A DNA stretch of 63,821 nt, filler included, from Chiloscyllium plagiosum (lineage: Eukaryota), in assembly GCF_004010195.1 (NCBI RefSeq). It is 5 parts of one record of this genome, joined end to end, with 100 filler letters (N's around TTAATTAATTAA, not from the genome) between each part and the next. Parts side by side here need not be neighbours in the genome. Positions count along the whole stretch, not along the records: positions 1 to 30,250 come from NC_057714.1; 4 more parts are not named here. One strand, written 5' to 3'. A program made the translations under genes and the position numbers. Below, in pieces: positions 13,299-27,150 of the stretch (position 1 is the stretch's first letter; each line of letters begins with the position of its first letter). The notes under the pieces were generated by a model that was given only the letters and a program-made list of their open reading frames with translations, ran no database searches and had not been told where the DNA came from.

Positions 13299-16019
13299 TA
13301 TTTTATTATTTTTTATCCTGGTTTCCAAATCCCTCCTCAGACTAGTCCCTCCCTGTGTCTAACTCTTTCCAGCCTCACAATTCTCCAAATGTGACCTCTT
13401 GGAAGCCTTCTTAAATTTAATCACTCAACCAGTTATACATTTGAATGCCAAGGCGCTAAACTCTGGAATTCCCTCCTTACTCCTCTCTGCCTTCCTTTTT
13501 TTCCATTCTTCCTCCTTTAACTGCTCTTTAAAATCTGGCCATCCACAAACTTACATACTTATGTGTCTGTGTGAAAATTAGCTGGATAACTTTCATGCCT
13601 TAAGATATTTTACAGCATTAAAGCTGCTATATAAATACAATTTGCTGTTGTTGTTAATTGTAAATAGCTTGGTAACAAAGGAATCTGTCTGCAGATTCTC
13701 AGCACTGGAGCTAAAGAAAAACTTCTAATTGATGACCTGAATGCAGACATGAAACTGAATTCAAAGGGAGAAAACTTTACAACTCCCAATGCAATGAGGA
13801 CAGGAATCTACAGGAATCATTAGGCCTTGACGTTTCTCCAGGCTTGGCTGCCCCAAGAAAAGTGACCCCAAAGTGATGAATTTTCAGTCAACAGGGCTCC
13901 TTTGGAGGCAGACTGGGCAATTCCCAAAGGAGACTGGAGTCAACTGGCTATGGATATGAGCTGAGAACATGAGCTGCTTTGGACATCAGAACTCAATTGC
14001 CGTCTAATAAAGAAAAGAACAAAACCAAAGTCATCTTTCCAGCTATCAGCCTCACACCCCATGCTCCCCACACATTCTAAATGCCCTGTTCATGCCAACC
14101 ATATGCTACCTCATACCCTTCCATGTCATCTTATCCCCCTCTTCAAATCCCTAAAGCAACTTATTTTCTCATCCACACAGCCCCTCATATCCCCTTTGCT
14201 AACCAATGGCCCCATACCCACTATTCTGGCACTTCATAGTCCGAATGTTAATTTAGAGCCAAATCATGTCCCACTATCAATCCACCACCATTTGCCCTCC
14301 CCTCTCCATGCCACCTCACTATGGGCAAACTTCAACAGCCACACTGACACATAGTAAAGTTGTTGAGGACACCATTAGTCAAAAACACATTCATTGATAA
14401 GCATTCAATACATTGAAATTTATTCAACTAGTCTCTTAGAAGATGCTTACTTGCTTTTAGAATTTCTTTGACAGTTTCAATGAGTTTATGGACATTCATT
14501 TCTCAATTTTGGATTCTTAGCACCCCTCTCCAAAATGTCCTGAGACTACATCCACCGGGGTATGCTGACAATCCAAAATAAATTTATGCAACTGACCTGC
14601 TCTGATCAAAGGCAGCCAGTGCCTGATCAAAGAACTGGACATCAGTGAGGGGAAGGAACTGACTGCTTGAGAACCATTTCCTGCTCTTGCCATCAATCCC
14701 TCAACACCTGTCTTCCTACAACCCATCCCCTTGAAATTTCTCACCCAAGACCTTGGACACAGTCATCCTGGGAACAATGGGTATTTTTTTTTCCCCCTGT
14801 GGCACTCTCTGCAGAAGAAGCCAACAGCTCTTAGACATTTGAGACTTTTACTATCAGGGGCTTGATTCCAGGAGAAAGCTTGCCTCTGACTTCACCTGCT
14901 GGCCTGTGGGTTTCTCACCCACTCTCTAAATGCCAAACAAAATCCCCAAAGCCTCAATAAGATTCTGCCCCAAAGTTTACTGTAATCTGAAGCCAATTGT
15001 GCAGTGTTGCCAATAGGTTTGCCTAATTCTCAGGACATCTGCAGAGAGACCAGAGTTCTGTGCAATCTTCATTTCCTCTAGCAATCATAACAACGGTATC
15101 TTGCTGCCGTGCCACAGCCTTCTGTTCTGTTCTCCCCCAGGAAGCCACAGTTGCTTTCTGAGTTGCAGCAAACTGTAATATCTAGAGACCAAGAAGAAAC
15201 CATGCCTGAACTGTGGCTCTACTGGAGCCTAGACTTCTATATTTGCTAGCAAGAGGTTCCATGGCACAAACTGTCTTTACTTCTATTTGCCTGCTCAAAC
15301 AATACCAGGAATGCACTGTTCACAAAGTCCCTCTCTGATATGAAAATCATAAACCAGCTGCAGTGTTTCAGGTAGGACTTCTGATTTAAGTCCATTATTT
15401 TCAGTTGATCAATGTTGCTGACTCACTTCTGCTATGCTGTATTATCTTTCAAGGCTGATACAAATGAAATAAAGGCAAACCATAAAATGTTAAATGTAAA
15501 AAGCTTCTTCAAACTAATGCTCACTATATAGAGTAACTAACTAAAATGGTTGCTGCATCACATGACATTGCATCACTTCCTGTGATGACATACTTATTTA
15601 TATTATCTTATACTTTAGTAAGTATATTTTTATTAGCAAGCACACCATCACAACAATTACCATCTTCTTGTAGATGTTCAACTAATCTTATCCAACCCCT
15701 GCTATAAGGTGACATTGACAAGTATGTAAATTTACAAATGAACAACGAAAGTAAGGTGCTGTGCCTTCAATACACCACTCCCCACCCCTGACAGCTCCCT
15801 GTAATTTGCAAATTGCAAAACTGTTTTAATGTATGACATATGAAGAGCTCAAGAAAGCCCGTGCATCTACATGTACCGTGTCGCATCAGTACCTCCAAAT
15901 CATTGATATATAATTTTGTATTTTTTTCTTTGCTATCACCTGAACAAATCCGATTAATTTATTGTAATTAAAACTGCTGATAAAAATGTCTCCCCTTTAA
16001 TAGCTATCTGTGTCTTTTT

Positions 16020-16555
16020 ACAAGTTGTTGGATTTTTAAAAATTTGTTTATGGGATGTGGGTGTGGCTGGCTGGGCCAGCATTTATTGCCCAGCTCTAAT
16101 TGCCTAAGGCCAGTTAAAAATCAACCACATTACCGTGGAGTCTTATGTAGGCCAGACCAGGTAAAGAAGACAGTTTCCTTTCCTAAAATACATTAGTTAA
16201 CCAGATGGGTTTTAATCCAACAATCAGCAACTGATTTGTTATCAGATTCTTGATTCCACTCTTTTTTTTGGAACTTGAATATCATCAGCTATGGACAGGA
16301 TTTGAACCAGGTCTCTAGAGCATTACCTGGTTCCCTGATAATTGAGCCTCAATTATCCGAATGACATGGGCGTGGAGTATTTTGTTCGGATAATCAAATG
16401 ATGGATAATCAAATGCCAGATAACACAGTTTAGCCAACCATCAGGACCTTGCGATCTTGTTCAGATAATTCAAAATTCTGATAATCAATATTTGGATAAT
16501 TGAGGTTCCTCTGTAATGGGCTAGCATTAACACTACTAAGCCATTGTCTCCCCAG
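16020..16555 (-). mobile_element. SINE-like repeat sharing the 3' tail of the second LINE family, with a MITE inserted at ~16344-16513
   Basis: The minus-strand tail GGGCAATAAATGCTGGCCCAGCCAGC..CACATCCCA matches the LINE tail at ~33007-33065. The MITE is an inverted copy of 13122-13298. Confidence 0.65.
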
Positions 16556-18074
16556 TTTTTGCCTGTTTGTTTTGTTAACAGCTAATTATCAATAAGACCT
16601 GCCTCCCCACACAATTACTGATTCAAATGAAGATACAAAACAGTGGTCTGAGAATCATCTCAGGTCAGACCAACCTACACCATATACAAATGTTTCAAGA
16701 CTCTCAAAAAGATTTGGCATGTTGTTACGAACTGCAATAAATAATCGAAATGATTAGAAAATCTTTGTTTACAAATATTAATTGGCCCATCAAATTGCTG
16801 TAGAAAAAAATGAAGACATCTTTTACTATACTGAATCGTTACATTAGAGTTGGAAAATATTCAAACATTTGTCTGTATTGAATGCAGCATTATAAGTGGA
16901 TGGAATTTTCTCAGTTAATAAGACTAGATGCCCGCATAGGTTAACTCTTGAATCAAAGTAGTATTTCTTTCAATGAAATAATTTATTCTATGGGAAGATA
17001 CTTAATGTTTCAGAAGTATTTACTCTCATGTTTCAAACAAATCAAGTTCATATTATTGCTAAAGTTTCTATTTGGAAATGTTCACAATTGATTTCTTGAT
17101 GCCAGGGTATTGCATGTTAGAAAAGGAGAGTAACGTGAATGCACTTTTCAGAAGCTGTAAGGAGAAACAATACAGTTTACTTCAATTATCAGGTTTTTCT
17201 CTGTAAAATAGTTTTCATCAAGTATATTACAGCTGAAAGTGTCAGAGTAGAAAAGCTTCATAAGCATGTCACTCACACTCTTAGAAATAGCCACCACCTT
17301 ATAAGCAGCAATGCTATTGCATCAAAGGTAGCACTATCAACATCCCATTTTTATTTGTTGCATTATACCATATATGTTCATGTTAAAAAGTTTTTTGAAT
17401 GACTCAATGCATAAATGTATCAAGCTACTCAGATCAGGAAGTTACTAGCTTGGTGCCTTACTTTGTGCCAAGTCTGTTCAAATCTTGGAGAGAGGAAACA
17501 GATTTCAATTGGTTGACTGATATGATCTGAGGTTGCATAAGTTAATGCAACCACGAAAGGTACGTGTGTGTTCACTTTACAGACATAGTGAGTGAGAGCA
17601 ATGTGAACAAAAGAGTTTAGACTCCAAGTTCTCATGCAATAGGTGGCAGCTATCCTTTGATCCTTAAGTGAAAAAAGCCCTTCTCGTACACATCTTCTCA
17701 GTACAGTGTACTGATTTCATGTTCTAAGGATACAGTAATTAATGGTAGGTTGTATCCTCTTTAAATGCTGTCTGCTTCTCTATGTTCCTTCCTGTGGTCT
17801 TTCTCATCACCATAATTTAAGGTTATTCCCATAATTGTTCCTGAGAAACCCTAACATCAGGAGGGGCATGTTGGATCAAACTTTGCCAATAAGAGGCAGT
17901 GAAAAGTTCAGAATGTGTTGAATTATCTGTTTCTAGACTATTGTAAACAAAGCTGAAGGCAAGCAAAGAAGGTGAATGCAGATTTTTAATGATGATTTCT
18001 TACTGTTAAGACAAAAGCTATACTCGCAATGCAGACATATTAACTAAGGTAGCTCCTATCTCACAGTATTGTGT

Positions 18075-18376
18075 GTAGGGGAGACTAGGACAAAAGGGCA
18101 TAGGTTTAGGGTGAGAGGGGAAAAATGTAAAAGGGACCTAAGGGGCAACTTTTTCACACAGAGACTGTGTGTATGGAATGAACTGCCAGAGAAAGTGGTG
18201 GAGGATAGTACAATTACAACACTTAAAAGGCATCTGGATGGGTACATGAATAGGAAGGGTTTAGGGGGATATGGGCCAAGTGCTGGCAAATGGGACTAGA
18301 TTAGTTTAGGATCTATGGTTGGAATGGTCGAGTTGGACCGAAGGGTCTGTATTCATGCTGAACAACTCTATGACTC
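18075..18376 (+). mobile_element. HER1-type CR1 3' fragment
   Basis: RTKGHRFRVRGEK.KRDLRGNFFTQR..VWNELPE followed by the tail. Confidence 0.9.
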
Positions 18377-20414
18377 CTGTTATGCTGTAACTATAACTAG
18401 AATCATACATTTTAAGTAAGTATGTTTTGTATATTATCACAACAGGTCAACAGGCAAACTGGATAGAAAATGCTTCAAAAGGCATTTTCCAACTGCAGAA
18501 TTGCCAATGAAACACTCCAAGACATTTCCATAAGACTATAGGACTATCAGACATAGGAGCAGAGTTAGGCCATTTGGTCCATTTAGTCTGCTCTATCATA
18601 GCTGATCTGTTTCTCAACCCCATTCTCCTGCCTTCTCCCTGTAACCCTTGATCCCCTTGACAATCAAGAACCTATCTATCTCTGTCTTAAATACATTCAA
18701 TGACTTGGCCTCCACTGTCCTCCGGTGGCAATGAGTTCCACAGATTAACCATCTTCTAGCTGAAGAAATTTCTCCTCATCTCAGTCCTAAAGGGTCATCC
18801 CTTCACTCCAAGGCTGTGCCCCCGAGTCCAAATCTCTCTTACTAATGGAAACATCTTCTCTATGTCTACACTACCAAGGCCTCTCAGTATCCTATAAGTT
18901 TCAATCAGATCCACCCTCATCCTTCTAAACTCCATCAAATGCAGACCCAGAGCCCTCAACCCTTCCTCATATGACAAGCCCTTCTTCCGCACGTTCATTC
19001 TTGTTAACCTCCTCTGGTCTCCTTCCAATCCCAGCATATCTTTTCTCAGATATGGACATCAAAACTGCTCACAATATTGCAAATATGGTCTGACCAGAGC
19101 CTTATACAGCCTCAGCAGTAAATCTCTGCTCTTGCTTTCTAGCCCTCTTGAAATGAATGCAGACATTGCATTTGACTTCTTAATCACCAACTGAACCTGC
19201 GTGTTAACTTGAAGAGAATCTTAAACTAGGACTCCCTAGTCCCTTTGCGCTTCAGATTTCCAAACCTTCCCCTATTTAGAAAATAGTCTGTGCCCCCATC
19301 CTTCTGACAAAAATGTATAACTTCGCACTTTGCTACGTGTATTCCATCTGTCACTTCTTTGCCCACTTGCCTAGCATGTGCAATTCCTCCTGCAGCCTCC
19401 CCACTTCTTCAACACTACCTGCCCCTCCACTAATCTTTGTGTCATCTGGAAATGTAGCACAAATGCCCTCAGTTCTTTCATCCAGACCATTAGTGTACAA
19501 TGTGAGTAGTTGTGGTTCCAAAACTGATCCTTGCAGAACTCCACTGCTCACTGGCTGCCATCCTGAAAAAGACCCGTTTATCCCTACTCTCTGCTTTCTG
19601 TCAGTCAGCCAATCATATATATCCATGCCAGCACCTTGCTCCTAACACCATGGGCTCTTATTGATCAGCCTCCTGTGTGGCAGCTTGTCAAAGACCTTGT
19701 GGAAATCCGAATAGATCACATCCACTGGCTTTCCTTTGTTTCATTTTCTCAATACCTCCTGAAAGAATTATAATAGATTGTCAGGCATAACCCCCCCCCC
19801 CCCCCCCCCCCCTTGATGAAGCTGTGCTGACTCAGTCCTATTTTACCAAGTACTCTGCAATCTCATTCTTAATAATGGACTATAAAATCTTACCGATTGA
19901 GGTCAGGCTAACTGGCCTATAGTTAACTAGCTTCTGCCTCCCTCCCTTCGGAGATAGGATGTTACATTAACCAATTTCCAGTCCTCTGGGATCCTCCCCA
20001 ACTCTAGTGTTTCCTGAAAGATCACCACCAATGTCTCCACAATCTCCTCAGCTATCTCGTTCTGAACTCTGGGGTTTAGTCTATCTGGTTCAGGTGATTT
20101 ATCCACTTTCAGACTTTTCAGCTTGTCCGGCACCTTCTCCTTGGTATTGGCCACTACACACACCTTTTCCCCTGACTCTCTTGAAATTATGGTATGCTGC
20201 TGTTGATGAAAACCAATGCAAAATACCTATTCAATTCCTATGAATTTCATTGCTCCCCATTACTACTTCTCCAGCCTTATTTCTCCGTCCAATTTTCCAA
20301 TGTCCACTCTTGTGTCTCTCTTACCTTGTAGATATAGTAAAAAAAACTCTCAGTCTTCTTTGGTATTGCTAGCTAGCTTAGTCTCATAGTTCATCTTCTC
20401 CTCCTCTGCTGTTT

Positions 20415-20900
20415 TTGATTTGATTTATTGTAGTCACATGTACCTAATTACAGTGAATAAGCTTTATTTTGCGAGCAATATAGGCAGATCATAGCAAGCA
20501 AGGACATACAGATCATAGGGTGCTTAGACAGAGTACAAGTTTATGCTGCACAGGAGATGCACAAAGCAAGATCAACATTATTTGAAGTTATAGAGTCCAT
20601 TCATCAGCCTAATAACAGCAGGGAATAAACTGTTCTTGAACCTGTTGATGCATGTGTTTAAGTTTCTTATCTTCTGCCTGATGGAAAAGGTTGGAAGGAA
20701 GTATAACCAGGTTGCGATGGGTCTTTGATGATGTTAGCAGCCTTTCTACAGTAACAGGAAGTGGAAGTGGTGTCCATTGATGGAAAGTTGACTTCCGTGA
20801 TGGTCTGGGTTGTGCACATAACTTTCCATAGTTTCTTATGGTTCTGGGCAGAGCAGTTGCCGTACCAGGTCATTATGCACATGATCTTTGGTGCATCTAT
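20415..20900 (-). mobile_element. Rex1/Babar-like LINE 3' fragment
   Basis: WYGNCSAQNHKKL.KV...Q.I...PS...C.RKAANIIKDPSQPG...FQPFPSGRR resembles Rex1 RT C-termini. Confidence 0.7.
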
Positions 20901-21291
20901 AAATGTTGGTTTTTAAAGTCATTGGCTTCACACTAACTTTCGCCACATTATGTACTTTAATGCTGTCCCTTTCTTCTCTCACCAGCCATTGTTGCCTCGA
21001 CCTCCCCTTAGTATGTTTCTTCTTCCTTGTGATGAATTTCTGCTGTGCCTCTCAAATTATCCCCAGGAACTCTTGTCTTTGCTGATCTACCATCTTTCTT
21101 GCTGAGCTCCCCTTCCAATTAACTCTGCCCAACTCTCCCTCATGTCTATGTTGTTACTTTTACTCAATTTTAACACTGTTAATTCTGATTCCATCTTTTC
21201 CCCCTCAAACTGCAGGGTGAATTTAATCATATTGTAGTTACTGCCCCCTAGAGATTCCTTCATCTTCAGCTCCCTAATCAAGTCTGCCACA

Positions 21292-21944
21292 TCATAGAGT
21301 CATAGAGATGTACAGCATGGAAACAGACCCTTCGGTCCAACCTGTCCATGCCGACCAGATATCCCAACCCAATCTAGTCCCACTTGCCAGCGCCCGGCCC
21401 ATATCCCTCCAAACCCTTTCTATTCATATACCCATCCAAATGCCTCTTAAATGTTGCAATTGTATCAGCCGCCACCACATCCTCTGGCAGCTCATTCCAT
21501 ACACGTACCACCCTCTGAGTGAAGAAGTTGCCCCTTAGGTCTCTTTTGTATTTTTCCCCTCTCACCCTAAGCCTATGCCCTCTAGTTCTGGACTCCCCGA
21601 CCCCAGGGAAAAGACTTTGTCTATTTATCCTATCCATGCCCCTCATAATTTTGTAAACCTCTATAAGGTCACCCCTCAACCTCCGACGCTCCAGGGAAAA
21701 CAGCCCCAGCCTGTTCAGCCTCTCCTTGTAGCTCAGATCCTCCAACCCTGGCAACACCCTTGTAAATCTTTTCTGAACTCTTTCAAGTTTCACAACATCT
21801 TTCCGATAGGAAGGAGACCAGAATTGCATGCAATATTCCAACAGTGGCCTAACCAATGTCCTGTACAGCCGCAACATGACCTCCCAACTCCTGTACTCAA
21901 TATTCTGACCAATAAAGGAAAGCATACCAAACGCATTCTTCACT
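21292..21944 (-). mobile_element. Young HER1-type CR1 3' fragment
   Basis: Uninterrupted ORF2 C-terminus (KNAFGMLSFIGQNIEYRSWEVMLRLY...GPGAGKWD*). The N-terminal part of the 230-aa ORF is read-through from the host CR1. Confidence 0.93.
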
Positions 21945-24589
21945 CTCCTATCACACACCACCAAATCCAGAATTGGCTGTTTCCTAATTGTCAGTACCAC
22001 AAGCTGCTCCAAAACAAAAGTCTCATGAATATTCCACAAATTCCTTTCCTTGAGGTCTGCTACCAACCTGATTTTCCCAATCCACCTGCATATTGAAGTT
22101 TCCCATGATTATTAAAACAGTGTCTATCTCCTGATTTATTTTCTTCCCCACATCCTGACTACTGCTGGGAGGTCTGTACACAACACCCATCAGGTTCTTT
22201 TTTTTAACCTTTGTTGTCCCTCAACTCTACCCCACAGATTCTTTGCCTTCTGACTCTACATCACTTCTTGCTATTGATTTAATTTCATTTCTTACTAACA
22301 AGCCAACCCTACCTCCCTGCCCATTTTTCAATAGGACTCATATCCTTGGACATTTAGTTCCCAGCCCTGATTCCCCTGATACCCACAATCAATCTTCACT
22401 GAGCCACAAGCTCATTTTACTTTGTTTCGAATGCTGCATGCATTAAGTACAACATCCTCAGTCCTGCATTGACTGCGCTCCGTTCTCATAGCTGTCCCCT
22501 CACCTGCAGTGAGATTCCTGAACATGTCCATACTCTCTATCCTATTACTTGTTCTCAGAAACTTTAATCTCTGCTAAGTCTTCTCCCCATTAACTGTTTC
22601 TATAATTTTTCATGCAACTGAAAGCCTCACCCACACCCCCATCAGTAAAACTAAATTCAAGTTAAGATACTTCCAGCTCAGCTCATCATGGCAGCAGCAA
22701 GGTATTATAACTGTCGGTCAATGTTAGTCCAGGCAAACTATTAGAGTTAAAGCAGGAAACTCAAAGACACTGTTTTTATTCAACTATTTGTAAAGAATGA
22801 TAGATGGAACTCAGCAGGTGGAATTGCAAAATGTGTGAAGAAACTTACAGGGCCCATCTGAGAAAACCATGAACACTGGTGGTCCTCTGTGTGCACATGA
22901 CACAGACCCGAATGCTGACACTGACCCCTCACACTCGTCCCTCACACTGCCATGTTGCCACCACCCACTATATGCCTTCTTTCTCCTAAAAATCTCATTT
23001 CCTCCCCAACTCCACTGTTTTCAGAGGCTGGGACACGTGCTGTCTCTGCTCACCAAAAACAAACTGGATTTAAAACACTTCACTTTCCTATGTTTCTCTT
23101 TAAGACAAGCATCAATTCATGTCTTAGTTTTTGAAATGAGTTGGAGGAGAGGACCCTCTAGAGTGTGGGCCTTGATGATTTCCAACTTGTGCTACCTTTC
23201 TCCAACGCCTCGATGTTGGGTGAACCAGTTTATGCCAGTCAAGTAGAGGAGCTTTTGCCCAATTTTTCTGAATCAAAAAACATACTTGCCTCAATTAGGT
23301 ACCATCAGTAAATCAAAAACATAGAATTTCACCATCGCCATCTCTCCCCCGGGATATTACAGATTGAGTGGCTTTGAGAGCAGTTGTGTGAACGTTCTAT
23401 CAAATGTTGTGAGCTTTACATTACCTGTGGTAATGCCACCTCAGAAACCATCCACAAACAAAAAGATAGTGGTAGCATGTCAACACTTGGCTTTTGGTTT
23501 GGACATTGAATGAGTTAAAGACTGGAATATTCACTGAATAAAATGGAAGCATTTTTGAATGGAATAAAGTCTCTGTAAGTAACTGTATCAGGAGGGAATC
23601 ATAATGGGCAGCCGGATCATATCATTCATTTTACAGTGACACCCTGATTCAATATTACCTTGTTTTTCAGGTGAGGTAATAAATTTAGCCCATTGCTAAA
23701 TTATCAAACAAACTATTATGTAAAGAATATGATTAGTATTTTCTTAAAAAGTTTATTCCTCCAAGTTAATCTTTTAGTTGATCTTCTAAGGTTTAGCCAT
23801 TTCCTCTACTCCTCAGAGTAGATGACATTAAGAATTTCATTTGTGGCTCACTTGACCGCATTATTTTAATTGTCCATTAATTTTCTTAATTGTTTTTACA
23901 TTTATATATTGATAGAAATTTGTAAAAAGGAATTCAGTGCATCCGTTGTGAGTGACATGTCAATTTGCCAAAAATGGAAAATGGTATCAAAGCACTGCAG
24001 GTGGGTAGCTTCAGAAAGAGAAAATGAGATTAACATATGAAGTATAAACTTTCACTTGAGCACATTAATAATGACAGTTAATAATGGTGTCACTAATGAA
24101 TCTCATTAACACAATTAAATTGTTACTCCTGCATTATGGGTATGCTGCATAGTTCCTCCAAACCATACACCTAAGCTGAGTTACTCAAAATCCTATTTAT
24201 TCTATGTGATGATTTGGGATCAGAATAAATTTCAAAAAGGCTTCTCTGCACTCTTTTTGAAGCTTGCAGTCTGCCCTCAATCCCAAATCACTAAACTGAT
24301 AATGCTCAGTTATTACAATCTTTCATTCTGAAATGCCAACATGAATTTAGATATAATGCAAGGGCAGCCAGAAGTGAGTGTGCTGTCAGAAGTGGTGTTT
24401 CTCTTTACATTACAATTTTATGAATATCTTATTAGGCAGAGCAATAAGGGTCTGCTGAACTGAGGGGAGAAAATAATATTTGCATGAACTGTCCCACAAA
24501 ATTTCAAGGAAGGTGCATCTTCCGATGGCAGGACACAAAACATTGCTGTTTTAATAAGGGAACAGATCTACAAAGAATTATTGTCAAAC

Positions 24590-24902
24590 TAGATTCCTTA
24601 CAGTATGGAAACAGGCCCTTCAGCCCAACAAGTCCACACCGACCCTCCAAAGAGCAATCCATCAAGACCCATTCCCCCACATTTACCCCTTCACCTAACA
24701 CTACAGGCAATTTAGCATGGCCAATTCATCTAACCTGCGCATTTTTGGATTGTGGGAGGAAACCGGAGCACCCGGAGGAAACCCACGCAGACACGGGGAG
24801 AATGTGCACACTCCACACAGACAGTCGCCTGAGGCAGGAATTGAACCCGGGTTGCTGGCGCTGTGAGGCAGCAGTGCTAACCACTGTGCCACCCTGCCAC
24901 CC
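24590..24902 (-). mobile_element. HE1-type V-SINE, full length
   Basis: Minus-strand A box TGGCACAGTGG, B box GGTTCAATTCC, V-core and tail. Confidence 0.92.
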
Positions 24903-25481
24903 CTTTAGTTAAACATTAGAATATTGTGTGAAGTTGTTTCCACATTACAGATAGGAAATTGAAGGATTGAAGTAAAGATTTACAAGAATGTTTGAACCCT
25001 CAGCTGCGTTAATTTACCTGAGTTTAATTGGAACAGTTTTTCTGTACCACTAACTTCATTTGTGTTCAGCAGTCCCTGGTAGAATGCATATTGTATACAT
25101 ATTAGATGATTTCAAATAAGGTGTGACTGTGAACCTTCAATGGTCACATGATTCACTGTCCTTTCAGGATGGAAGTCAGCCTTGCCTATTTGGTTTGGCT
25201 GAAATGTGACACAGCCTTGTTGTTGACTCTTAACGGTCTTCTGAAATGCCCTAACAAGCCACTCAGTTATATTAAACTTCTATAAAGCCTCAAAGGAAGG
25301 AAAGAAACTGGATGATCCATCCGTCATCAACCAAGATACCAAAAGTGACAACAGTCCCGTTGATCCTGTAAAGTTCTCCTTGCTCATACCTGTGATCTTT
25401 TGCTAACATTGGGAGAGCTGGCCAATAGACGAGTCGAACCACAACCAGGTATGGACATCCAGAATTGATAATAGACAATGT

Positions 25482-25660
25482 CAAAGTTTGGGTGAAGATT
25501 TGTAGCTCGGGTGCTCGTTGTTGTGGTTCTGTTCGCCGAGCTGGAAATTTTTGTTGCAAACATTTCGTCCCCTGTCTAGGTGACATCCTCAGTGCTTGGG
25601 AGCCTCCTGTGAAGCGCTTCTGTGGTGTTTCCTCCGGCATTTATAGTGGCCTGTCCCTGC
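25482..25660 (-). mobile_element. PLE terminal repeat (second family) with TATA-like motif and hammerhead motif at 25556-25595
   Basis: The minus strand reads CTATAAAT...GCA-CTGAGGA-T-GTCACCTAGACAGGGGAC-GAAA-TGTT-TGC. It abuts a HER1 fragment. Confidence 0.65.
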
Positions 25661-25937
25661 GAGAGGGGAAAGATATAAAAGAGACCTAAGGGGTAACTTT
25701 TTCACACTGAGGATGATATAGGTATGGAATGAGCTGCCGGGGAAGTGGTGGAGGCTGGTACAATTGCAACATTTAAGGGGCATTTGGATGGGTATATGAA
25801 CAGGAAGGGTTTGGAGGGATATGGGCCGGGTGCTGGCAGGTGGGACTAGATTGGGTTGGGATATCTGGTTGGCATGGACAGGTTGGATCGAAGGGTCTGT
25901 TTCCATGCTGTATATCTCTATGACTCTATGACTCTAT
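25661..25937 (+). mobile_element. HER1-type CR1 3' fragment
   Basis: gagaggggaaagatataaaagagacctaagggg... ending in an (actctatg)n tail. Confidence 0.9.
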
Positions 25938-26793
25938 ATCAATAAATGGCCAAAGGCAATGAATTTTGCAAAGGCTGTAAGCCCTGACAGCAATCTGCCA
26001 ATAGTACTGGAGACATGTGCTCCAAAACTAGCCATACCCCTAGCTAAGCTGTCCCAGTACAGTTACAACACTAGAATCTATCTGACAGAGTGAAAAGTTG
26101 CCCAGATATGTTACCAATTACCACTTCATCAGTCTAGTCTCAATCATTAGTAAAGTGACAGAAGACATTACCAACAATGTTAAGCAATCTTATGCTCAGT
26201 AATAATCTACTCACTGACACTCAGTTTGGTTCTGCTAGGGCCACTCAGCCTCTGACATCATTGCAACCTTGAGTAAAACATGGTCAAAAATATAGATTGC
26301 AGGAGGTAAGATGAGAGTGACAGCCCTTGACACCAAGGCCTTATTCGACCAAGTATGACATCAAGGAACCCAGGCAAAACTGAAATCAGTGGGAATCAGG
26401 GGGAATAATTTATGCTAATTAGAATCATACAGAGGATAATGAAAGATGGTTTTATTGTTTGAAGGTTAATCATCTCAATTAAAACATTTTGCAGCAAGCA
26501 TTCAGTGGTGTGTCCTAGGCCCAAACATCTTCAGTTGCTTCATCAATGGACTTCTGTCCATCATAAAGTCAGAAGTGGGGATGTTCCCCAATGACTGCAC
26601 AATGTTCAGCACCATTACTATTCTTAAGATATTGGAACATCCTAAGATCAAAACCTGGATAATGTCCAGGCTTGGGCTGATAAGTGGATTTGGACCACAC
26701 AAGAGTCTGTATTGACCATCTCTAACAAGATAATATCTAAACATCTCCTCTTGATGTTCAAAGGCATTACTATCTCTGAATTCCCCATTTTCA

Positions 26794-27150
26794 AGAAGGG
26801 TTTTACTAGGCCCAAAAAGTTAACTCTGTTTCTCTCTGCACAGCTGCTGCCAAACCTCCTGAGGTTCTCCAGCATTCTCTGTGTTTGTTTTAGATTTCCA
26901 GCATCTGCAGTACATTTCTTTTAGTCATATGGCTGGTCCAGCTCAGTTTCTGGTCAATGGTCACCCCTACTTCTTGAAAATGACCATTGACCAGAAACTG
27001 AGCTGGACCAGCCATATGACTAAAAGAAATGTACTGCAGATGCTGGAAATCTAAAACAAACACAGAGAATGCTGGAGAACCTCAGGAGGTTTGGCAGCAT
27101 CTGTGCAGAGAGAAACAGAGTTAACTTTTTGGGCCTAGTATGACCCTTCT
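26794..27150. repeat. Palindrome with 170-bp arms (26794-26963 / 26981-27150) made of a pLTR plus flanking LINE DNA
   Basis: The arms are reverse complements with about 3 mismatches, around a 17-nt spacer. Confidence 0.9.

Larger units (their letters stand above)
18530..22560 (-). mobile_element. Long degenerate CR1 LINE (EN plus RT) hosting nested Rex1 and HER1 insertions
   Basis: ORF pieces DWLTDRKQRVGINGSFSGWQPV.SGV.QGSVL, LKVDKSP.PD.L.PRV and LGGS.YNMIKF, plus a cataagac-type tail at ~18530. Confidence 0.85.

Noticed and set aside
13767..14970. Possible old TIR DNA element (GGGAGAAAACTT ... AAGATTCTGCCC)
   Set aside because: The termini match too poorly and no transposase remnant is visible.
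15141..15371. Plus-strand exon-like segment with a strong acceptor and donor
   Set aside because: Stops in all three frames and no partner exons identified.
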